Shown here: piece by piece, positions 1 to 17,004 of the stretch
Layout of the letters: every line of letters starts with the position of its first letter
How positions within the stretch are numbered: the stretch's first letter is position 1
DNA from: Microbotryum violaceum
Lineage: Eukaryota
Length of the DNA: 64,000 nucleotides
Assembly: GCA_001244265.2 (NCBI GenBank)
Contig: CDLV01000004.1
Span: 3,720,001-3,784,000 of the forward strand
Reading direction: 5' to 3'
Translations under genes and position numbers: made by a program
The notes under the pieces: model-generated
Seen by the model: only the letters and a program-made list of their open reading frames with translations
What the model was told of the DNA's origin: nothing
The model's database searches: none

Positions 1-362
1 TTCTGAGTAAAAAGGACCAGAGCCTTCTCTACGACGCCTATGCAGTATGGCCATGACGGGACCCTGATAGTGAGTGGCCAAGAACTCGTGCCAGAGCGCT
101 ACGGTTTGCTTTGCCACATTCGCATTTCTGCCAGCGTCGGACGATTCGGGGAGCGATGGGGCGGCGTAAAGACCTGCATGGCATACCGAACCTGATCCGT
201 CATAGCAAGAATGTAGCGATATGATTGGTAGTTTGACATGGACATTGCTGAACAGTTGAGGAACTTACGCCGGCATATGCATGAGTCAAAAGAGCGAATG
301 CAAGCTCGCGATGATCATTGTCGTTTGGGTCGAGACTGTTGGAATCAACGATGATCCCGAAA

Positions 363-669
363 TGATCAACAAAAGAACAACAACAGCTGGACCAGGAGTC
401 GAACCTGGGTCGCTTCCATTAATCGGAAAAGCTTTGACCACTAAGCTATCCGGCCCCTGATATCAGTGCAAGGTCTACTAACACCTTCAACAGAGACCTT
501 CCCATTGGATGAATCCCAAATATTGGATTGGTGGACACCGGCCCGTTTCTCGCATCTTGCGGGCGGTTTGTGTTATCATCGTCGACTTTCATTTAGTTTT
601 TCCGTAGGTCAATCAGGGGGAACAGGAATTGGGGGCAATATGATGAACAGTTTCTACAAAAAAAAAAAG
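363..669. mobile_element. 307-bp non-autonomous insertion with an A11 tract at one end and an internal tRNA-like cassette
   Basis: Flanked by GAAA at 359-362 and 670-673. A11 at 658-668. Removing the insert plus one GAAA restores an open minus-strand frame ...EEKSAAF|GIIVDSNSLDPNDNDHRELAFALLTHAYAG. Confidence 0.6.
385..455 (-). tRNA. tRNA-like sequence (probable pseudo-tRNA; TTA at the anticodon position as folded)
   Basis: Minus strand reads GGCCGGA TA GCTT AGTGGTCA AAGC T TTTCC GATTAAT GGAAG CGAC CCAGG TTCGACT CCTGG TCCAGCT. It folds as a cloverleaf with A box TAGCTTAGTGG, B box GGTTCGACTCC and TTTT about 10 nt downstream. There is one acceptor-stem mismatch and a non-canonical G32/A33. 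Confidence 0.7.
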
Positions 670-2731
670 GAAAGCAGCAGATTTTTCTTCCCTTATGCCG
701 GTGACGATCTGAACAAAGATCTCGTACAGAAGGTCGTTCTGAAAATCATCCTCGGCCTCGAAGGAGCAATCGTTCATGTCGACCCCACCCTGAGGGAGAA
801 AGATATTGTAAGCAGCTTGGTGCCAAAACATATGGCCACAACGCTGAATCGCACTCGAAGGAGCTGGTAGCGGGGCTTTGGAAAGGCTTACCGTTCCCGC
901 ACCGCAACGTAACTCTTTGGCCGCCCATTTAGTAGGTTGGAGATAGAGTACGGCCTTGGCGGTCCATGCCTCACGTTGCCTGTCCGGTCCAGTTTGTATG
1001 CTTTGTAGGTGTATTTCAGCGCCGTCCTTTTGATCAAATTCAAGACTCCCAGAGTCTTCGAAACGGTCTGCTTGAAGGAAACACAGGTGTTGTCAGCGCT
1101 GGCAAGGTATCACCGTAGGCGGGGAAGAATGCCGCACAAGGTCGGCGATCTTCGATGACCACTCGATAGGCCTCTCAGCGTTTTCGTTGTAGACCTCCGC
1201 TACGAGCTGAGACTGGGCGTAAAGCGATCTCTTTGTTCGCCACAGGCCTTGGCCGTCGAGAATATTCTGCATGAAGATAGTTTGGAACCAGGCGCTAGCG
1301 ACCATCTTCTGCTCTAGAGTCAAGTCGGATGCTTGTCGGCGGTTGGGCTTTGAATCCAAAGTCTCTTGATCTATTGGCTTGCGGTTGTGCGCCCCGTCGT
1401 AGGGGGCATTGACATCGAGGTTCCCTTTGACCAGGGGCGACGATCTCGCAAACGACAAAGACGAGCCTGGTGTACGACTGGCAACCCTACCTTGCGGTGG
1501 ATTGCGTCTTAAAGCTTGTCCGGCGATTGAGGACTGTAGAGCCTGAGCCTTGGGCTGGGGCGTCTGCAAGTGTTGATAAGACCCATTGAATGCCTGCACG
1601 CAAGTACCGAAACCTGCTTGAATGCTACTCACTACGCCTGGAATGACGCTTTCGTCATCATCGTCCATGATGCTGGTCGCTACCATGTTGACAATGGCGA
1701 CAGGTGCGGCCCCATCGGCGCCATCCACAACCGTGGGTCCGACTAAGTCTTCGCCCTCGTCCGAGTCTGCCTCGTCCTGACCGTTGTCCGAAAAGTCACA
1801 GGGGTCCTCGGCTTGTCCACCCAACACAAGGTCCTTTATAGCAGGATCGATATAGGGGTCCTCGTCGCCGCTATCTTCGTCGCTGTATGGCTCAACAGAA
1901 GTCTGCTGTGCGCGGAAAAGCTGACGTGTGGTATCTGCATGAACGGTGTGAAGAGAAGAGGTGCGTGTCACCGCAAGCCTGGATGCGTGTGCAGGGGCTG
2001 CTGGGGGTGCACTGGAAACAAGGACGGGCGAGGCCTCAGCTCACCTACATTCAAGGAAAGATACAGTAGAGTTAAGATATCACACTTGCACGTACTTCTC
2101 CTTCTGCTCCTTTGCGGCTTTGTGGTGTTGCCAAGCGTCTTGCTTCTTCGCTGCATTGATTTGGCTCACACCGACAGCGATGTCGAGTCGCCACAGCTTG
2201 TTGTTGGCCGCCTTCGTGTTTGCCGCCTTTCGTTTTTGCTGGGCTTGCGCCCTCTCCCGTCGGTCCGCTGGCGTGTTGCGGTCCTGCACTGTAGCAAGGC
2301 GCACAGACGCGGTGGCACTCGCTCGAGAAGATCGAGAAGACATGTGAACAGATTGCTGGACAGGCACTGGGTGGAAGGGCTACGACCGAGACAAGACGAG
2401 AGGCGAGGAAGGGACGGTGAATGAGTGAGGAGGAAGAGGGAGGGAGTCAAAAGGTGGTAAACAGAATGAGCGCGCATGACACGTCGCATTTGTTGTTCGG
2501 TGTTTTCTTAGGGCGCGGTTTAGCGTGCCCCAACATATGCAGTGGCCCCTATGCTGCCACGTCGCGCCGCAACGCGCTAGCTGTGCGGCGTAGTTTCGGA
2601 CAACTTAGCGCATTTCGAGAAAATACGCCTGCATTTAGGCTGTGTTTACGGGCGTCCCTTGCCTTCCTCCAGCTTCAGTCCACTCTCGCTGACAGTAGAC
2701 TCGTCGTACAGGCCTTCGCTCTCGTTCGCAA

Positions 2732-5700
2732 ATGAGTCAATTCCGATGCAACATTGCTGGTTGTCAGATATCATTCCACCATGTGCGCAATCTCGAAGCA
2801 CATTTGCACGTTCACAAAAGGCCCCGACCGCTCGACCGCGTGCTACCCACGTCATCGGCTGCTGAACGAAGTCACGTCCAAGTTCTTAGACAACAGCGCT
2901 CTCGCCAAGAGTTCTTTCGCCGACGGCGCAGACAACAGAAGAACTTCAGAAACGGTTGGCCCGACTGCGACGTCGATGGCTTCAACTCGAGCGGTAGCGA
3001 CTACGATGACGACTCCTCGAGCGACAGTTCATCAGACTCTGAGTATGATCATACCCTCGATGACCAGCCCGAGTGGGACGCTCGCCAAAAGAGAAAGTTT
3101 TCAGTAGAACAACCTCCGCTCGCAGGCTGGGCTTGCCGAGCCGACGGACAGCTTTGTGATGAACACACTCCGCCTCCAACGGTTCCGCATGCCCATTTGT
3201 TCGACCCGAACAACGTCTTTTATCCGTTCCAGAACGAAAAGGATTATCAGTATGCACTGTTGACTCGCTCAATGTCTGAGTCTCTATTCAATGCGATGGT
3301 CACTTTCAACAACTCGTTTCTCCAGGTATGTTCGGCCGAAGTTGTGGACGCCGGAACGGGGTCAAATCCGCCATCTAAGTCCCGAGATATCACTCCGCAG
3401 GCGGACCATGCCTTCAGCAACAGGCTTCAACTCAGATCTACAATCGAAAAAATACCCTATGGCGAGCTTTGTGCAAGTGTTTTGAGCTCTCCAATCTTCC
3501 ACCTAACTCTAAATCGTGCTCCTCCATTACCTAGCTCCTCACACTGAATGGCGCGAAGAAAAAATCATCGTAACTGCGGAGGACTTAGGGTGGTCGAATA
3601 GTGATGCTGAACTTCCATTTTTGCAGCTGGTAAGCGCTGCCAGTCCAGGACAGGGACACGAGCAGGTTCGAGCCGATTAACCTCGACACCTCTATTCACA
3701 GGAACATACGTTCCGATGTCGGGACGCGCATCATGTGCTCCAAAACCTTTTCTTCAATCCCGTATTCTGCGGTCACCAGCATCTGCGGCCCATGAAGGTG
3801 TTTGAGGTCAAATCAAACGGTCAGGAGCAACGGGTATATGGGGCGCCCCATACCGCAGACAAAGTGTGGGAGATGCAAGTAAGCGCTGGATGGATGTTGA
3901 AATCGCCCGGCGCAAAGTCCATCAAGAGAACTGACTAGTAGCCGCCCGCAGGACACTCTCGACAACCCGACCGATGTGGCCGTTCGCATAGACACCAGCT
4001 CGGATTCAACTGTCTTGTCGATCGGAACTGGGGCCGCCTCGGCCCATCCTGTATATATGTCTCTAGAAGTCAACGCCGGATTCCTCAAATGTGAAAACCA
4101 TGGCGGTTTGGTCGTTATAGCTTTCCTTCCTAGAGTGGAAAGTGAGTATCGCCCGGGGCTTCTATTTTGCCAACGGCGGGCTGGCTATTGCTAATGCTGT
4201 GGCATCCGCCTCCCACTCAAATCCAAGGGGCGGACAAAGGCAATGACGAGATGTATCGTATATACAAACGCACGGTGCTCTATCGAGCTCTAGAGTAAGC
4301 TGTCTCGGCTCGACCGACGTAGCGGAGAGCTCTGATAGAATAGCTCGAATCCTACAGGATATTGTGGGCTCCAATTAGACACCTTCTTCCAGGCCGACAC
4401 CTCTTCCAATTTGCGGATGGCCACTATCGATACATCAGGGTGTACTTTGGACCGGTATCTGTTGACTATCCGGAGCCGTGTTGGCTTACATCCCTTGTTC
4501 AGGGCTACATTCCTTGGTAGGTGGACGACAGCTAGCGTTTGATCGCCTGCAGAGTTGACTTACATGGGCTCACTCTGTTTGCGCTGCTAGCTGTGTACAA
4601 GAGCCACTCAAGCTTCAAGAAGGCCCTGCCGCCCCTCGTACGAGTGCCGATGCCTAGTACAAAGTCAGAAGGGCAGCAAGCCAGCTCAGGACAATCACAG
4701 CGCAGAAAAAGGCGGCCAAAGAAGAAGGCTGTCACCTTGGCAGGGTAAATTTTGCAGGATTTCCCCCTCAGCTCCTGTTCACTGAATCAGTCCTTTCCTG
4801 AGGCTCAGACCGTCTGGGTTTGTTTAGGGGTCAATGGGCATGAGTGAAAGGCACGAGACTGCTCTCGAGCCTCACTGATTCCGAATCCAAACAGAAAGGA
4901 TCAAGCGGTGTATTCGCAGGCGAAGAAACACTACTAAAAGGACTGAGGTCAAGAGACACGGCGGCGCCGCGCGCGAGGGCAAGCGTGAGGCCGCAGAGGT
5001 CGGCTCGAGGTCGTCGTGAGGCGTAAGCGGAGCGGCGCCTTACAATGAGCTCATGGTGGCTGATCCTCTCCACCAGCTGATCAAAGGTCAGTGTTGCTAG
5101 CTATAGACGGCTTCTCCTTTTCATTGGTCCTTTCTTTCTCTCCTCGTCCTCTCATCAGGCATGGTGAAAGACATCACTATTGACGACTTGTTCATTGAGA
5201 CATGCGCACAAATCGCCGCTGACGCTCATCCCAGGAGAAACAAGCAAAAACTCGACAAACTAATTGACAGAATCGAGCTGAAGTAAGTTTGATTGAATCA
5301 ATCAAGAACAAGCATGCGATCTGAGATGTCGAATATTGTACAACAGTATGCGTTTGATGCCCCTTTATTCACAACTGCGTCGCTTCAAGGACGGGTTTCA
5401 GCATTCCAACTGGACCGGTAAACATACGCGCAACTTGATGAAAGTGAGTGAATTCTTTCAACTTCATGCGTTTTTAATAGTAGCGTCGATTCTGATATGT
5501 TCTGCCGGGATCACGCAGATTTTTCCTGCCAGTGTGTGGGGTAAGTCGCGCCTCCAAAACACTACATCTTCGGACCGCAATGCTTGTGCTGACTGATTCA
5601 TTCACATGCTTCTAAGCAGGTGTTCAGATCATCGGAGACGACTACGAATCACGAACCCTCGTCGACGAAAACGCCCAAATTATGACACTGCTTTCTGTGC

Positions 5701-7324
5701 TAATTATGTACGCCACATCCCTAGAGGCCACGGCCGATGACGTAGACGATATGGATTTTGCGTACAATGCTTACATGTTTGTGAGTCAATGCCCTCTGAA
5801 CGAATTTTTGCATGCTTCAACTTACGTGACTTTCCGTGCCTTCGGATTTCAGCTTGCGAGAAACACGTATGATCGATTTCGAATTGTCGACGGACAGGTC
5901 GAAAAATTGGGGTTCAATTGGCCCGCCTTCACTCTGTATTACACTACGCGGAATGGACCAAGAAGTGGGGCGTTCCTGTACACTCCGATACAAACAGATC
6001 GGAGGTCAGTCTCTGATCTGATAGAATTCTTGAGCAAACGTTACACTGACCTACTGTATCGACCCAAGCGTGCCCATATTGACTCGGTCAAGGTCGCGTA
6101 TAGAGCCAACAACAAGTGCAACACCGCTTCGCAACTGATCAACTACTCAAGACGAGCCGATAAAATCAGATCTTTGGAGAATGTGATAGATCTTGACAAG
6201 CTTGTGAGATCTACTGGAGATCGAATCATATTACCCATACCTGATCCAGTTCCACATGAGTTCCACCTTTCTGCGCGACCTTGTGAGTTTCCGGCCTGTA
6301 ACTGCAAGTCTTGCCTAGCCCTTGGCTGACTTTGAACGCATCTGCCATCCCATTCAGCCGGCAACAATCGATGCATGATCACGATGAATGAACTCCAGGT
6401 CTCTCTCCAACAGCCTCGCCTTCTTCAGCTCGTGCGGTCCACTGTCCCCATTCTCTTCTTTGAGTGTTCAATAGGCGTCAAACTGACGTATGTGGCACCT
6501 GGCCTTGTAGACAACATGCTACCTCCTCGAATTTGGACACTCAAGTGAAGAGGTCGAATCCTTGGACGATGAGAAAGCAAAGTGGTATCACAGCTTCAAA
6601 GTCTCCAACCGCATATATCAGAACACACCGGAACAGACGAGGGATGATGCAGGTGAGCTGGTACTAGGAGAACGCTGCACTGGTCTCCTCAGCATACTGA
6701 TTTGTCTCATGTACGCTCAGATATCATCAAACACGTCATACGAGCAACCTTTCGTTACAAGCACGGCAATCAGGATGGATACTGTACTCGCTTTGACTGT
6801 GTCTTTGTGCACAATTGAACTACGGTCCAATCGGCAAATACCACAACCATGCGACTTTCAAGGACAGAGCCTGGCACTTCGTCCTTCCTTTCACGATCTT
6901 CCGCTTGAGAGGTATTTTTACCTTGGACATAGGTGGCACTTGCCACGAGCTTTGTATTGGAGATGAATTTGAGTGGGTGAGAACTACTACCGTGCGGTGA
7001 TCATGGTCGCTAAGTTCGAACACCATTACAAATCTGTCCTAATCTCCGCCTTTGCAGTGCCCAAACAGTGAACAAAATCTGGCAATCCTAAAGCCGGTGC
7101 TGAAAAAGCGATTGAAAAGTGATAGGCAGTGTTTGCAGCAAATCTTCCGTGTTCAGGACGTATTGCGCCCCGCATTTGTTCAGCCGTTGTTAGGCCATGC
7201 GGAATTGGCACCCGACCTGGATTTTCAGAATGTGATGGATCAATGGAATGGGGAGTTTGTGGTGAATCTCGCCCAGTATCAACATGTTTTTTGTCACCTT
7301 GGGCGCGGCGCCATTTCACCATAA
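2732..7324 (+). mobile_element. Multi-exon Plavaka-family transposase gene with N-terminal C2H2 zinc finger; intactness uncertain
   Basis: Exon motifs in the expected order: CNIAGC...HLHVH, FYPFQNEKDY, LFFNPVF...RVYGAPHTADKVWEMQ, SDSTVLSIGTG...HPVYMSL, DGHYRYIRVYFGPVSVDYPE (about 4415-4480), DPLHQLIKG (about 5060), LRRFKDG...WTGKHTRNLMKV, and C-terminal RPAFVQP...EFVVNLAQYQH. These resemble Plavaka transposases as I recall them. Element termini were not found. Confidence 0.8.
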
Positions 7325-7739
7325 ACCTATTACGTGAAGCATTGCAGGGCACATTGCGGCCTGCTCGACGGCCTCCAGTGGCGGACGCATAGATTTTGCT
7401 GGAAAGTTATTTTTGTAGAAATCACGGTGTTATATGGACCAACTACTTCCTGAATATATGCTCCTTAGCCTCATTGAATAAAATCAAGTGAAGCGCCTTT
7501 TGATGGGATTTTAGCACAGAAACTTGTTGGGGTCAAGAAAGCAATCCGCCCGCTCGTGTGCAAGTACAGGCTTTGCAGTTACGTATACGAAGTGTAAGCG
7601 ACGTCAAACGTTAAGCGCGCGTTCGACTCCCTGGACCGCTCGCGCGACGTGTAGTGGTAAACTGAGTCAAGTTGTAGCGGGATAAGGGACAACTAGTGGT
7701 GTGTCCAACCGTTCAACAAGAACGAACTATCCAAGGGCG

Positions 7740-8500
7740 TCTGACAACGAAAAGACGAGATTGAAACCCAGCGAGTGTAGCGAGATGGAAGCCAAGAAGA
7801 TACGGAAATGAACGTAGTGGGAAGGCAGGCTTAACCGAAGAAGAGAAAGGAAGAATTGTTCGAAAGAATGAAGTAGTTTTCACGCGAGTGACAAGGGATG
7901 GAGGGTGGGATCGATCAAGGAGCTTTGGCTTTGCAAGAACAAGCTCAGAGTGATGTCAGTTGGCTGCAACTGGTGAGAATAGGGATAGCTACCTTCGTCT
8001 CAGCATACCTTTGCAAGAACAACCGGGACTCTGTGATGGCGCGGAGGCTAGCAGAGGCTGCGTTTCGAGCAGGCGGGTTCGGCAGAAGGACTGCTGAGAG
8101 ATGCAGGGGTCGCGAGTCAGTGAAGTGGTCCAGCAAGGACTACCAACTAACTGCCCGTACAGGACTGGCAAGATCACTGTAGGAATCAAAGTGGTAAGTT
8201 CACCGTGCAACAAGCTTGGGTGACCAATAACACTTACCCCGAGTTACTTCTGGACAGAGCCACGTCGAGGATTTAGACGAGCTAGGTGCGGCTAGCCGAG
8301 AAATGTCCTGCAAGATGAAACGCTCGGTCAGTGACTTCGTCAACTGTGAGGTGATCTTGGGAGTGAGGAACGCACCTGTATCAACGGTGGTAAACGCAGC
8401 GGCAGAGGCTGGTGGAGACGTCGACGGTGCAGTTAAGGCCCTGAAGGGAACGTGCAGCGCGAGTGACCGCCTGTGAGCCCGCGTGTGTATGAGGCACAGC
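7740..8500 (-). pseudogene. Decayed spliced gene remnant of unknown family
   Basis: Minus strand shows intron-like GTGCGT...CAG (about 8376-8328) and GTAAGT...ACAG (about 8237-8177) segments between short frames that contain stops. No domain recognised; boundaries approximate. Confidence 0.25.
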
Positions 8501-9474
8501 TATAGCTCAGCAGGGGAGAGAGGAAAGGGGAGGTCCGAGCGCGCGAGCTTGATCGGCGCGTCAAATCCTTGCAGCAAAGGCCGAAAAAAACATAAGCGAT
8601 CCTTAAGCAGGGCGAGTCATCACAGCGCTGGCTATGCGCGGATTATGAGGTTCGCCCAATTCGACTCCATCGTAAGAGCGCAATGCGAACCGAAATAGCT
8701 GGGATGGAGTCGGATTTGCAGCATAAGAACCAGGCATCCCGTAACAAACGGGATGGGCTGAAAATCTACCCACGAGAGACCATAGATAAGAAAGTAAAGG
8801 AAAGATATAGATCAACAAGGCTGTTTTTGTAATTATTTATTATGTAGGGTGGGTGGGAGGAGATAGAGATAGAACGACTATGCTTGTAAAGCGCGATTCT
8901 ATTAGTACTCGGAATACTGCAAAGACCCTGAGGACTATGGCATACCTATACTTGTAAAGCGTGTCGCTTGGAGACAAGAAGACAGCAAAGGAAAACAGAC
9001 CTCGGACGCTGGTACGTCGAGGTTGGGTCCGTGTAGCAAGGTAGCCAAGTCAGTCAACATGTCCAACAAGGACAGTCGAAAGCAGGAGTACCCTAAAGTA
9101 GAGCCTGAAAGGGGGTGCTGTACCTCGGCTCTTTGAGCGAGACGCAGGCGAACCCGAAAGAGGCGCAGCACTGGCAGGTATCGCTGGGGGGGGGGGGTCC
9201 TGTGAGAAGCTCGGAACCTGTCAGCCAATTGGCGGCAGGAAGAGTTCAAGGAAGGCCACTGACCTTGGCAGGAGGTGGCAGAGGTACACAGCGATACTGG
9301 TACGGCAACGGCAAGCAGTGGGAACTGAAAGGTGCGGCAGGAGCTGGCTTGGTAAACTCTTGCGCAAGTGCGGCTTACAGACCAAGGCTCGAGGCAGGCG
9401 TGCGGGGCACGCGCCTGGAGGCTTCGCAATCGGCTGCCAGCACGCCCGCCAAGCAAGAAAAACCGACTGACGGC

Positions 9475-14260
<4,786 letters not shown>

Positions 14261-14597
14261 TGTTGTGGGAAATTAGTAAAGGGTCAGCGGTCCAGAGGGA
14301 CTTGTGGCATTGGGAAGTTGGCGCGCGCGTAGTGTGGCGCCGGATGGAGGCAGATGGCGGTGTGGCGTATTGATTGGACTCAGAGGTGGCTTGCACACGG
14401 ATACTATCTAAGGCTCTGGTCTCGTTCACTCTCTCCTTCTTCTTTAACACACACTCGATATCTATCTCGCCCATTTGCCTGCTACAAGTTGATTGACCTT
14501 GGCAATACTCTATCTCACAATAGGTCATCTATGAACGCCGTGTAGCTACAGCGAATCTTCATTCATTCACTGGTACTCCAAGTCCAAATCCACAACA
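14261..14597 (+). repeat. 5' LTR of Copia C (337 bp)
   Basis: Perfect 8-bp terminal inverted repeat TGTTGTGG...CCACAACA, immediately followed by the PBS. No second copy in the window. Confidence 0.85.
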
Positions 14598-14601
14598 GGT
14601 T

Positions 14602-15828
14602 ATGAGTTCGACGACTACCACCAATGTATCGAATGAAGGGGACGTCAAGATCACCAAGCTCGGTAAAGATAACTACGAGCTGTGGTCGATCCGAGTCAAC
14701 GCGTTCCTCGAAGGTTGTGGCTACAGCAGTGTACTTCAACACGGAGCTGACCGACCATCGAGTATGGATGTGCAAGCATGGAAGACTCTCCATGGCATCG
14801 ACCCAAGTCTAGAGGAGGGCAAGATCCCGACTCTAATCACCAAGTGGGATCGTAGTGCGCGCGCAATCATCATCTTGTGCCTCGATGATTCGAATCTCAA
14901 GATGGTCAAGAGCAAGTCGCTCTCGGCCAAAAACATCTGGGAAAAGTTGAAACAACACCACGAAGGGAACGCTGATCCGTTCAAGATTTGCACGCTACTC
15001 TACGAGATTTCGAATGCGTCGTACGATGAGGACACCAACCTCGGCGAGTTTCTCCAGGGCATCACGGACAAGGTTGATCAACTCGAAGATCTCGGCCAAA
15101 AGTTCAAGGATGAAGCCATCGTTGCGTTTATGCTTCAAGCTCTACCTCCCTCATACAAGATGCTCAAGCAAGCTATAAAGCTCAGCGATAAGTGCTCGGT
15201 TGACTACGCCGTCAATCGACTTACCGACGAGTACAGTGAACGCAAGCTCACTGGCAAGTACAACAAATTACTCAAGAACGCGGGAGCGTTAGCGGTTCGC
15301 GAAGGCACGCAAGTCAAGCGTGATCCGAACTGCATTTGTCGTGGTTGCAAGGGAACCGTTCATTACCAAATCGATCCGGAATGTCCCAAGTACGATCCGA
15401 ACGCCAAACGCGGTCGTAACAAGAACCACAGCAACAAGAAGAAGAAGCAACATAAGCATTCCAAGGGATCTGCGGATTCGGAGGAGTCGGCTTCTTCTGC
15501 GTTGGTGGTCAAGTCTCTCGAGGAGAGCCATTCGCTTCACACCAACGTCGCGAATAGGGTGTCACAGAACGACCAGAGTGAGATCTGGATCCTGGACACC
15601 GGTGCGAGTCAGCACTACGTCGGCAACGCAAGTCTGCTTACCGACCGTCAACATGGAAGTCTGAACATTCAAACCGCAAGCGGTCAGGTAGTACATTGCG
15701 ACACGTATGGTACGGTACGGTTCAAGTTGAGAAGCGGGGCCTCGCTCTCACTTTCGAACGTCTACCATCTCCCGGGCGCTCCGGTGAACCTCGTCTCGAC
15801 TCGTGCCTCTATACCGATCAGGAGCTAG
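14602..15828 (+). CDS. Copia C gag-protease ORF, frameshifted out of pol at its end
   Basis: 408-aa ORF with Copia gag features, a Cys/His knuckle-like [16 protein letters not shown] and protease WILDTGAS. Confidence 0.85.
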   Translation: MSSTTTTNVSNEGDVKITKLGKDNYELWSIRVNAFLEGCGYSSVLQHGADRPSSMDVQAWKTLHGIDPSLEEGKIPTLITKWDRSARAIIILCLDDSNLKMVKSKSLSAKNIWEKLKQHHEGNADPFKICTLLYEISNASYDEDTNLGEFLQGITDKVDQLEDLGQKFKDEAIVAFMLQALPPSYKMLKQAIKLSDKCSVDYAVNRLTDEYSERKLTGKYNKLLKNAGALAVREGTQVKRDPNCICRGCKGTVHYQIDPECPKYDPNAKRGRNKNHSNKKKKQHKHSKGSADSEESASSALVVKSLEESHSLHTNVANRVSQNDQSEIWILDTGASQHYVGNASLLTDRQHGSLNIQTASGQVVHCDTYGTVRFKLRSGASLSLSNVYHLPGAPVNLVSTRASIPIRS

Positions 15829-15939
15829 TTGCGGATGGGAAGATGGCAGGGATGTCATGACGATCAAGATCAAAGGGCTTACCGTAGCAAAGACGCTGAA
15901 CGGTACCGGTTACACCCTCGACTTTACGCGCATTGTTGA

Positions 15940-16908
<969 letters not shown>

Positions 16909-17004
16909 CTTTTTTTTTCACACCGGTCAAAGACGCACACTGCCACGTGCGCCAGCGACACACCCACGGAACAAACAAACGACAACGAACGGTAACAGAC
17001 GAAC

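Larger units (their letters stand above)
1..2343 (-). pseudogene. Spliced hypothetical gene divergent from the Plavaka transposase (transposon partner gene, possibly DUF6532-like); disrupted and running off the window start
   Basis: ATG at 2343 (MSSRSSRAS...). A GTACGT...TAG intron (about 2093-2045) joins exon 1 in frame to the 1093-1971 ORF except for a TGA at 2043-2041. Further exon-like segments lie at about 1070-955, 831-670, 362-269 (ending at a GTAAGT donor) and below about 190. The 363-669 insert interrupts it. The family assignment is only an impression. Confidence 0.55.

Noticed and set aside
466-870. 134-aa plus-strand ORF
   Set aside because: It spans the junction between the insert and an antisense exon, has no recognisable motif, and is probably incidental.
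7610-7670. GTTCGACTCC followed by TGTAGTGGTAA, resembling tRNA B and A boxes
   Set aside because: The boxes are in reverse order and I could not fold a cloverleaf or convincing stems.
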